Shown one piece after another: positions 1 through 8,906 of a DNA stretch of 11,819 nucleotides. Origin of the DNA: Selaginella moellendorffii (Eukaryota; Plantae; Lycopodiophyta); the NCBI RefSeq assembly GCF_000143415.4, contig NW_003314573.1:1-11819 (forward strand), given 5' to 3'. A program made the translations under genes and the position numbers. The notes under the pieces were generated by a model. It saw only the letters and a program-made list of their open reading frames with translations. It searched no databases and was not told the origin of the DNA. Numbering within the stretch: position 1 is the first letter of the stretch; each line of letters starts with the position of its first letter.

Positions 1-252
1 AGATGATGTGTCCAGTAGGATGCCAGATTTGACGAAGAAGGTAGATTTGTAGGTTTAAGGTGATGTTGTTCTCTTGATATTTGATGAAACATTTCTCAAG
101 ATGTTGGGGATGTTATTTTTTGCTGCTAAAGATGCTAAAGGCATCCATAAAAACTCACATGAAGTTGGTGAGGTAATATAGTGCTTTCAATCTTTATTCT
201 ACTCTTTCTTCACGCTTACCATGACTCTTCTATTCTAAACAAGTATATTGTA

Positions 253-875
253 CATTATCATGTGACTAAGAAGCTACACATGTCTTTTTATTAGTCAAAG
301 ATGTGATATGATATTATCTGATGTATATATATAGCTATGTTTAATGCCAAACTCATAATACTCTTCATGTTACAGAAGGACAATTGGAGTTAATTGTAAT
401 TTCCCATCCATTTAAGTTGGTGATGTTGATTTGATAGGGCCTTTTTCCATAGTCAATTCATGGCAATGAATATATCATTATTGCCTTTAATTACTTGATT
501 CATTAGGTGGAAGCCAGTGCTTTTGCTAGTGCATTTGTGACTATTGTTAAATACTTCTTCCAAAATTGAGTGGTATTCTAGCATTCATGTCTATAGTAGA
601 TTCTCTCAAATAAAGTCTCATATTTATAGTTAAGATATTTCACATTTTAATGTCTTAGCTAAGGATATACAACACTTTCACAAGTGCTTATCATTTATGA
701 ACCAATGGTTTGGTATAATAGTATTTAGACTTTCAAAAGGATGATTAGGATTTAAATTGGGATGATTATTTGCCACTTATTTAGTATACGTATGGCATAG
801 GGGTACAAAGTTTCATTAGTGCTTCACCATATGAACTTCTATATGGTCATGATTTGATATTATCAATGGAGTTGA
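253..875 (+). mobile_element. Decayed Ty3/Gypsy LTR-retrotransposon integrase relic (zinc finger + core)
   Basis: Hand translation across stops and frameshifts gives TKKLHMSFY*SKM*YDI...*CQ (YWPxMxxDI..C..CQ zinc finger), HPFKLV/VDLIGPF, YIIIAFNYLIH*VEA, ILSNK, TSAYHL*TNGLV, NWDDYLPLI, SPYELLYG. These are canonical Gypsy integrase motifs in the correct order. Confidence 0.88.
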
Positions 876-2279
876 ATTCACCTTTACAATTGCTATGAAC
901 TACCAATGCTNNNNNNNNNNNNNNNNNNNNNNNNNNNNNNNNNNNNNNNNNNNNNNNNNNNNNNNNNNNNNNNNNNNNNNNNNNNNNNNNNNNNNNNNNN
1001 NNNNNNNNNNNNNNATTTATTATAGGATAACTATGAAGCAGAACCTAAACTTTTTATATGCCACATGTCTAAGGACAGTGGAGTGGAACCCGAGTTTTAG
1101 GGCCTTAATCCATTAAACAAAGGAATGGAATCAAACTCCCAAGCTTGCAGCTAAGGAGCGAAGGAACTAGAGTATAGAGCGACTCTTGAGCATTTAGCCC
1201 AAGAAGCAAAAGAATAGAAGCATGAAGTGACATAAGAATAGTCCTAGAGCATCAAATATCCTAATGCCAAGATTAACACACAAAATAGAGCTAAACAGAG
1301 CCAAATAAAGTTTAGTGTTATTTTAGCATATCAGTAGCTTAACACAAGGATATGGGTACTCCACTAGCTAGTATGGTATAGAACTTGGGTTAAACCGAAT
1401 GCAAAATAAAAATAGATATACAAACAGGAGCTAGAGTATGCCTTAGGTTAATTGGCCATGCCTGACATACCCACTATCCCTACTACACATTTGAACTTCG
1501 GAAAACATGCTTTAAGTTATCACCCTTAATACCAAGAGTTAGTATTTGGAATAAGCTTGAAATTTATTTAGTGAATATTAAAGAACCAAGCTCAATATAA
1601 TGGGGGTTAAATATGAGCTTCTCATACTGAGTCGAGTATGCTCAGCAAGAAACATATAAGAGTTCCTATATTATGTTTATCTAGTATAAGTACATACATG
1701 ATGACTAGTTTCTCAATTAGCTTGGGTGGAGATTGATAAAGAGTCTAGCAATACCAACCTCTTGCTGTCGTGGCAGTAAAGAAAAAATATCTGAAATGAC
1801 TCATTCATAGGTAATTTTCGATACCTACAATCATATTNNNNNNNNNNNNNNNNNNNNNNNNNNNNNNNNNNNNNNNNNNNNNNNNNNNNNNNNNNNNNNN
1901 NNNNNNNNNNNNNNNNNNNNNNNNNNNNNNNNNNNNNNNNNNNNNNNNNNNNNNNNNNNNNNNNNNNNNNNNNNNNNNNNNNNNNNNNNNNNNNNNNNNN
2001 NNNNNNNNNNNNNNNNNNNNNNNNNNNNNNNNNNNNNNNNNNNNNNNNGGGAAGTCACCTAACTCAGTATTATTCAAAATATTTCAAGACCCTTAATCAA
2101 TTAAAAAAAAGGGTGCACTTTTATTCATGGGCCCTTTCCTCCTATATTTGAAACTTTATAGATTATCTCTCAAATCATCCTTTTTATATTGGACCACAAA
2201 TATATGAAGTTTGGCATAACATTCAATAGGTTAATCCTCTAAAAATTGTGCATATAAAATAGCTGAAATACTTCATACA

Positions 2280-2470
2280 AAAGGATCATAAATAACTAGC
2301 ATCTATAGATCCACTAGTTCCTCCACCTAATATTCCTCCAAATCCCTATCAACCAAATAATTATAACTACTTTCTTTCCTTCCAAAAGGAGAGGATGATA
2401 TAAGGTTCAAGTGTATGGTTACAATGCCATTTATATTATTACCGTAATGGGATTTTGATAGGCATTGAAT
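2280..2470 (-). mobile_element. Possible decayed chromovirus integrase C-terminus/chromodomain start
   Basis: Minus strand reads LVDRDLEEY*VEELVD, resembling the D-x-x-x-EYEVEKILD chromodomain start, and lies in AT-rich decayed sequence. The match is short. Confidence 0.3.
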
Positions 2471-3134
2471 TGGTTTTAATTTAGATCACTAATAATTGAA
2501 TATACATATTTAGCTAATTGAATATGCATATTTTTATATTTTATGTCCATATTTCATGCACTTACATATTTTCTTTTTATTTTGCTTTACAGAGTAAAGT
2601 CATATACCTAGATATCTAAATATATTCTTGGATATTCTCTAATCTAAGGGCTCTTAAACTTTCTCTAATTAACTTGTAATCAGTGTTCAAAGTTAATTGT
2701 CTAACTTATCACTAATGTAAATAATCTATATTGAAAAACTATTAACACTTATTAACACTAACATGTAACAAAATGCCAATTTAAACCTTAAAAATAAATT
2801 TAAAATTAACATCATTAAGCCCTCCACACTCATGGTTTCATTCTGTAATATAGAGGGCACAAAATCCAGCCGTCTAAGATTGATGGCCTGATGGTTAAAC
2901 ACAAAAGAACTTAAGAGAGGTAAACATTGTTCTAGCTATTTAAAAACTAAAGACTAGTGGGGACACCATTTCTCACCATTTGTCCTGAAGTGCAATAGCT
3001 AGCAATTAACATTATGCAAATGCCTCAATCTAGACAAGTGCCCAGCCTCATTAGTTGTTATGTTTAGCATTCAAGTATGTTAAGAAATATATTAGAATAT
3101 ACATTGTGATATATTTTAGATAGCACAAAAAATA

Positions 3135-3239
3135 ATTTAAAAAGAGGAGTAGTGTATTTTAAATAGTACAACAAATTATTTAAAAAAAGGAGTAGTGTAT
3201 TTTAAATAGTACAACAAATTATTTAAAAAGAGGAGTAGT
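3135..3239 (+). repeat. 43-bp minisatellite, ~2.4 copies plus a degenerate partial copy upstream
   Basis: Unit atttaaaaagaggagtagtgtattttaaatagtacaacaaatt starts at 3135, 3178 and 3221. Confidence 0.95.
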
Positions 3240-3320
3240 ACTCAATGGAATTTAAGGATTGGTTCCTCAAGGTATGGAAGAAACTAGAAACCTAGACAGA
3301 TAAAATTGATGGATCAATTC

Positions 3321-3338
3321 CTCTCTCTCTCTCTCTCT
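3321..3338 (+). repeat. (CT)9 microsatellite
   Basis: Seen directly; lies in the pyrimidine tract of a putative intron at 3272-3370. Confidence 0.95.
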
Positions 3339-3648
3339 CCATTTGTTTGTTTGTTTCTATGATTTTGCAGAGTCCTCAGAAAAAGGTACTTGGCATTGAG
3401 GTTCCACCATAGGCAAAAAGAAACTCTGTTGATCTTTTATAGGGAAACGTTTTCCTACAGGCCTTTCTGAATTGAATCCACGGAACCTGGAAGTCAAAAC
3501 AAGAGAGTAGCTTCAGAACACTTAAAAGCTCACCCCTGCAAGTTCTGTTGTGGTGAGTGAATGGTCAAAGGTGCGAATATTCTCTCTACAAAAATTTGAA
3601 TAAGTTTTTCTACATTTCCACGGAATACGAGTCATTTTTTAGGGCATC

Positions 3649-4144
3649 ATGAAGAAAACACTCATTCTTGATCTAGACAATCCACTGGTATACGCTCATA
3701 AGGATCTCGTCTCTTCTGTAGATTTCAGCATGGAATTTGACGATGATGCACCACTCCACATCATGAAGAGATTAGGTGTAGATGAATTTCTGGGGAAGGT
3801 TTCAAATGTGTACGATATCGTGGTGTTTAGTGCCGCCCAGGAGAAGTATGTCAACCTTGTGGTTGACCATCTGGATCCTACTCGGAGGCTTGTGTAGAGG
3901 AGGCTACATGGTGGCAATTGTGTTGTTCTAAAGGACCGGATGAAAGTTAAGAATCTTGACCATGTAGGGTTTCGGGATTTCAAGCGGGACTTCTTGGCAG
4001 ATGTAGCCCCTTTCCTTCTTGCCCTGCCAAAGTGTGTGGACTTTACCGAAGTTACCCATCGCTGGAATATTGGACAATGTGGAGAAGCAAGGCAAATTGT
4101 ACGTCCCAGATCCATTCGATGATGAATGGGTTGTGTTTAACTGA
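3649..4144 (+). pseudogene. FCP/SCP-like (NIF domain) HAD phosphatase pseudogene
   Basis: Paralog of 7837-8423. Lesions: DLDNT>DLDNP in the catalytic motif, KRPG>KRLG, TCG>TAG stop at 3895-3897, deletion at 3988/3989 of the segment matching 8177-8265, and a 2-bp deletion near 4080. Confidence 0.93.
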
Positions 4145-4359
4145 CTATTGTATTTTGTAATATATGTTATAATTTTCCCCCTAATAGTTTATGGAAGTGA
4201 CTTTCGAGGATTTCCTGCATGTCTTGTGTAAAACAAAATGGTAAAACAAGCCAAAAGAACACCAAGTTTTCAAGCTCTTCTGCTTCAAAAGTGTATCATC
4301 CTAGTAATGAGCTCACAACTTTTGCTTGACCGAGCCTGAAAGAGATTGGAAAAAAAGAG

Positions 4360-4562
4360 CTACCTCCTAGTACTTGATACATTAGGCAAACATGAAGGCA
4401 AAGAAGACCGGGAAGCCGACCAAGACACCCACGACAACACCCAAATGTCATGTCGTAGCCAAAGTAACTCTCCACAAATGCCTTGACAGTCGTGTATCAC
4501 GCATTGGGTGTCATGAGGCGCACAAGATCATTTGCATACTGGGATGCGATCCAGCCATACAA
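4360..4562 (-). pseudogene. PDR/ABCG full-size ABC transporter C-terminal fragment
   Basis: Minus-strand translation LYGWIASQYANDLVRLMTPNA*YTTVKAFVESYFGY/HD../VVVGVLVGFPVFFAFMFA*CIKY/RR* matches the plant PDR C-terminal pattern (LYGLIASQYGD...VK.F...YFGY.HDFLG.VA..L.GF...FAF.FAY.IK.LNFQRR). It has stops and frameshifts. Confidence 0.85.
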
Positions 4563-4880
4563 ATCCAATAGTGATCCACATTCTCGGAAAGTCCAAGAAA
4601 AAGCAAAAAGCTGTTTATATCCAACTTAGGTTTGGTGGTCAACACTAAACCAAAAACAATGAAGATGAATAGGACGATGTTATTGTCCCTGCCCTACAAG
4701 TATTTTTACGTGTTTTTGTTTGCAGCAGAGGAACCGCGGTACTGAATATCCACATTCTGGTATTGAAATTAAGCTGGTCACTTGAGTGATTAGTTTTTAG
4801 CTGATCAAAACGGTTTTAATGTACAATGTTTAAATTGTGATCTTCATTTGTGAATACTTTAGTGTTCTTAATTTGGATTT

Positions 4881-5636
4881 TCTTTATATTTCGCTTTATA
4901 GGTATAAAGAATATACCTAAATATCTAAGTATCTTCTAGAATATTCTCTAATCTACCAACTTTAAAGTTTTCATATAAAAAACTATGAAGTTCTTTATTT
5001 TGCCTCATATCTAGAACTGGAAGAGTATCAAGTAAAATTTGAAAAACTATATAAAACTGAGAAACTCTATATTATCCTATAAATTACAAGGATTAACACT
5101 GACAAAGAGTCTAAAATTAACATCATTAATCTAGAGGGCACAAAATCCAACTTCTGGACGTGTTTTAAGATTGATGTCATGATGGTTAAACACTAAACAA
5201 CTTAAAAGAGTTAAAGTTTGTTCTAGCTATTTGAAAACTTGCCTCAATCTAACCAAGCACCTAGCTTCATTATTTGCTATTCTTTGCATTCAAGTATGCA
5301 AAGAAATCAGTGGAATTTAACGATTGGTTCCTCAAGGTATGAAAAAAACAAGAAACCTGGATCAATTCATATATATATATTTCTCTCTCTCTCCATTTGA
5401 CTCTTCCTTTCTATAATTTTGCAGACTCGTCAAAAATGGGGCTTTGAGTGGGCAAAAAGAAACTCATTCACCCTGTACCAACAGAACTTGCAGGGGTGAG
5501 CTTTTGAGTGTTCTGAAGCTAATCTCTTGTTTTGACTTCCAGGTTCCTTGGATTCAATTCAGAAAGGCCTGTAGGAAAACGTTTTCCTGTAAAAAGGTCA
5601 ACAGGTCAAAGGTGCGAATATTCTCTCTACAAAAAT
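4881..5636 (+). repeat. Internal duplicated block A', with relic exon/intron structure
   Basis: Homologous to 2575-3595. Candidate GT-AG introns at 5337-5424 and 5496-5542 (ctaat branch point) and a donor at 5612. Spliced reading: EFNDWFLK|TRQKWGFEWAKRNSFTLYQQNLQG|FLGFNSERPVGKRFPVKRSTGQ. Product not recognised. Confidence 0.85.
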
Positions 5637-6059
5637 CAACAATCCCGCCATTTTCTTCATCGCATCTCCCGAGAATTGGGATAGCTCTCCAGCTTCCACT
5701 CGATCTCTGCCCACTTGAGCTGAGATGCATGGACCCTACAAGAAGCCAGCTGTGGACACCACGCTGTTGCATCTCCCGTCAATGTGCTGTTTACCAATCC
5801 TGTTCCTTGAACCGAACCTGACTACAAGAATGTCGGAAGCCCTTGAGTTGTTCAGCAACCTTGATCGAGAACAACTCGGCCTGGCAGAAATGCAATGAAC
5901 TGGCAACGAATTCATATTTCTGAATCGAAATCAGCATGCTGAAAAAGACCAAGACTACAAAGATGACAAAAAGGAGCAAGTAAATCTAAACAACTACAAC
6001 GATCAGCTGCAAACAGACATGTTAGAAGCCAAGCAGAGAATCAGAGTAATGAAAGAAAC

Positions 6060-7418
6060 TCACCAAACAGATTGCCAGGCAGGATCACAGAGGATGTCGC
6101 GCGCGGATGGACGCTGGTCGCGTCTTGCTGCGACCAGCTCCAACACCTTGGGCGCAATTGATGGGTGTTGGTACGCCCAGTCTGCTGGTAAAACGCCATC
6201 CCGGACGTCAATCAATACCGACTCCCTTTCCTACACAGATTCACCGAACTAAGCAAGCACGTTGCACAAACTGCAGCCAAACCTGGTCCGGGGGACACCT
6301 CCAATGAAGTTCGAAGAGTATAACTCCAAGCGCAAGCATGTCAGTGTAGGTTGAGTTGCTCCGGCGCTGGGGAGAGTAGTAAACTGCTCTCCCCTTCTTG
6401 ATATTTTCGGTCTCGAGCATGGACTCCTTATTTTTAGCTGTAAGCCAACAAATGAGAGATGGAAGAGATGTTTCATTTGCCTACCAAGACCGAAATCTCC
6501 CAGCTTGATGCGTCCATCGTCTGTGACGAAGATGTTGTGTGGTGCTATATCCCGATGAACACCCACGTTGTCGTGCACATGCGCCACAGCTTGAAGAAGC
6601 TGCCTAAACGCATCTGCAGGTGGTGACTCGCCGCCGAGGAGCACCGACTGGAGCGAGCGGCCACAAAACTCCATGACAATGTACACTTTCGACTTGCCCG
6701 GCTCGCCTTCCTCCTTCCACATGTCGAAGTATTTGACTATGTTGGGGTGTTCGCAGCGCTGGAGCATCTCTCCCTCCTTGAAGACGAGCGCGACATCCTG
6801 GTCTCTGGACTTCGTTGCTGTGCGAACCTTGATGACTTTGATGGCGTAGATTTGTTCGTCCTCCTTGCTACGGCACTTGTATACTTTCCCGGACGCCCCC
6901 TGGCCAACACAAGCGAGCACTTCGTAGCTGCTGCAGAAGCGGCCTGGACAAGAGAGACAAGGGGCCACTCAGAAGCGAAAAGATGCCAAAGAGACAAATT
7001 ATTGTATCCACCTGCTGCTGCAACTGGAGTCTCCCCTCCCTTTTGGATCGATTCCACGATCCCGGTCACAACATTCGCCGAGAGCATCTTGAATCTCTCC
7101 AAGCGTTGTGCCATTGCGAGGAATTGCCGAACATATTCTGCAAGTCATGAATCAAACCAGCAAAGAGTCGTGTCAGCCAACAAAAGGAATTCCTCGTACC
7201 AGCGTCAGGAGCAGCCTGCAACGCGGATGCATCATGATCAGTTTCTCCTGCTCCTGCTTCAACGAGGATCTTCATCAGACAAGTGCAGATGTTTCAAGTT
7301 TTGACCAACCTGATCGAGCTCGGTTAATCGGATCCAGTGGGCGGGTCCTTTCGAGCATGACGTCGGATCGCTTCTGAGTGTGTAGTTTCTTCGGACCAGC
7401 AGCTCTCTTCCTCTCCAT
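6060..7418 (-). CDS. Stand-alone eIF2-alpha kinase (GCN2-like) Ser/Thr protein kinase, ~357 aa, 6 coding exons
   Basis: Exons 7418-7310, 7253-7200, 7137-7012, 6943-6485, 6437-6283, 6230-6060 total 1074 nt. All five introns are GT-AG (56, 62, 68, 47, 52 bp) and frame-consistent; the start is ccATGG. Motifs: GQGASGKV, YAIK, HPNIVKYFDMW, YIVMEFC, FRQLLQAVAHVH, HRDIAPHNIF, DFGLAK, YYSPQ, DMLALGVILFELHW, ERESVLIDVRDGVLPADW, RPSARDIL. The C-lobe is characteristic of eIF2-alpha kinases. The N-terminal exons are less certain. An alternative last intron at 6063-6007 would end the CDS at 6003. Confidence 0.87.
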
Positions 7419-7836
7419 GGTGGACTCTGGTCAGTGTTAACATTGTGAGTCGTTGCTGAAAGCACAAAAGAGATTGAGGAGTCGTTACTGCACTTATCCA
7501 ACGGCTGGAGCCTAGAATGCGCACATCAGCTGTCCGTCAATGGATTCACAACAAACTTGCTACAATTGCATTCTCACCTCCTTCTGCCTCGCCAACAGTA
7601 GGCTGCAAACCAGCAGCGCACTCACCTCTGCCCTTGCCAGATGATCACGGAGGCTCTAGATTTGGAATCTAAGCTGCATTGAGGATCGACGCGCTCCTCC
7701 GGCTCCCTTGCCAATAGTAGGGTACAAGAATACAAAAGGCCACATCGGATAGAGTTTAGGGCAGACGTGGCACCTTTGGTCACCTTTTGTGGCCCTTCTT
7801 CATTTCCACGGAATACGAGTCATTTTTTAGGGTATC
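7419..7836. promoter_or_regulatory. Short divergent intergenic region (kinase 5' UTR/introns + probable bidirectional promoter)
   Basis: 418 bp between the opposing ATGs. ABRE/G-box-like ACGTGGC at 7765-7771. Minus-strand splice-like sites (acceptor just upstream of the kinase ATG; GTGAG donors near 7577 and 7625). Confidence 0.45.
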
Positions 7837-8583
7837 ATGAAGAAGACACTCATTCTCGATCTAGACAATACACTGGTATATGCTCATAAGGATCTCGTCT
7901 CTTCTGTAGATTTCAGCATGGAATTCGACGATGATGCACCACTCCACATCATGAAGAGACCAGGCATAGATGAATTTCTGGGGAAGGTTTCAAAAGTGTA
8001 CGATATCGTGGTGTTTAGTGCCGCCCAGGAGAAGTATGTCAACCTTGTGGTTGACCATCTGGATCCTACTGGGGGGCTTGTGTCGAGGAGGCTACATGGT
8101 GGCAATTGCGTTGTTCTAAAGGACGGGACGAAAGTCAAGAATCTTGACCATGTAGGGTTTCGGGATTTCAAGCGGGTGGTGGCACTGGATGACATTATTG
8201 ACTTCTACCAAGGTCATCAAGAGAGCGTGGTGGTGGCTCCAAAGTTTGAGGGTCAAAGGATGACCACTTCTTGGCAGATGTAACCCCATTCCTTCTTGCG
8301 CTGTCAAAGTGTGTGGATTTTACCAAAGTTACCCATCGCTGGAATATTGGACAATGTGTGGAGAAGCAAGGCAAATTGTACGTCCTAGATCCATTCGATG
8401 ATGAATGGGTTGTTTTTAACTGATTATTGTATTTTGTAATAAATGTTATAATTTTTCTGCCAAAGTGTAGTTTATGCAAATGAATCTTAGTGAACTTTTG
8501 AGCTCAGGATTTCCTACATGTCTCATGTAAAACAAAATGGCAAAACAAGAAAAACAGCACACCAAATTTTCAAGCTCTTTTGC
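7801..8583 (+). repeat. Internal duplicated block B' (paralog B at 3613-~4283)
   Basis: Starts with the shared 'catttccacggaatacgagtcattttttaggg' and ends after the shared 'ttttcaagctcttYtgc'. Confidence 0.95.
7837..8423 (+). CDS. FCP/SCP-like (NIF/CTD small phosphatase family) HAD phosphatase, intronless, with a 1-bp frameshift near 8255
   Basis: KKTLILDLDNTLV (DxDxT), KRPGIDEFL, YDIVVFSAA..KYV..VVDHLDP, VKNL, VVALDD. After PKFEGQ, the family-typical tail DDHFLADVTPFLLALSKCVDF...VVFN* lies in another frame (stop 8421-8423). Adding one A at 8255-8257 gives 195 aa; as written the ORF ends at 8283 (148 aa). Confidence 0.88.
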
Positions 8584-8833
8584 CAAGGAAATCCCCTTTA
8601 CATTGAGAGCCCACAGCTTTGCAACACCCCATGAACACCAATAGGAGCACGTGCCCACCTCAAACAACAAGCGAGACTTCAAAAAGGACATCACTGATCC
8701 AACATTTGATGCCAGAGGATAAGATGCTTAGAAGACTGATTGCTTCTGAGTTCTTTTATGTCTGTTGTTTAGTGCCTATGTGAAGCTATTGACAAAAATG
8801 TGATGATCCATATGAAGCTCTTCACAGGATCAT

Positions 8834-8834
<1 letters not shown>

Positions 8835-8873
<39 letters not shown>
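8835..8873 (+). repeat. (GA)n microsatellite, one interruption
   Basis: Seen directly, upstream of the PPR fragment. Confidence 0.95.
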
Positions 8874-8906
8874 TGTGTCTTTGCCATGACATCCAGCGAA
8901 GTAGCA

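Larger units (their letters stand above)
1..2587 (+). repeat. Large direct repeat, copy 1 (period ~9528 bp; matches 9529-11819)
   Basis: Position 1 'agatgatgtgtcca' matches 9529. 1015-1837 matches 10550-11372 almost exactly. 2312 'cactagttcctcc' matches 11530. The match continues to the window end ('ttttattttgctt'). Contains N gaps at 911-1014 and 1838-2048. Confidence 0.97.
2575..3595 (+). repeat. Internal duplicated block A (paralog A' at ~4881-5636)
   Basis: Shared anchors in order: 'atatacctaRatatctaa', 'aaaattaacatcattaa', 'tagagggcacaaaatcca', 'gatggttaaacac', 'tgcctcaatcta', 'gattggttcctcaaggtatg', 'ggcaaaaagaaact', 'gtcaaaggtgcgaatattctctctacaaaaat'. Confidence 0.93.

Noticed and set aside
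1015-1837. Specific gag/LTR assignment
   Set aside because: Probably decayed retroelement DNA, but I could not identify convincing motifs, PBS, PPT or LTR ends.
895-2077. ORFs 895-1116, 1805-2077, 1831-2058
   Set aside because: Artefacts of reading through N gaps.
3135-3239. CRISPR-like array
   Set aside because: Head-to-tail repeats with no unique spacers, no cas genes, and a eukaryotic context.
5573-5588. Perfect 16-bp palindrome aggaaaacgttttcct
   Set aside because: Single and imperfect in the paralog, not at an inversion breakpoint, and with no supportable function.
5444-5821. 125 aa plus-strand ORF
   Set aside because: Non-ATG start, and it crosses a putative intron and the A'/cassette junction.
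6249-6968. Kinase as a single 239 aa ORF truncated after DFG
   Set aside because: Short introns restore a complete C-lobe and an upstream ATG; both ends of this ORF fall in introns.
8177-8265. Segment missing from the paralog being an intron (processed copy)
   Set aside because: No 3' AG, and it encodes the conserved VVALDD motif, so it is a genomic deletion.
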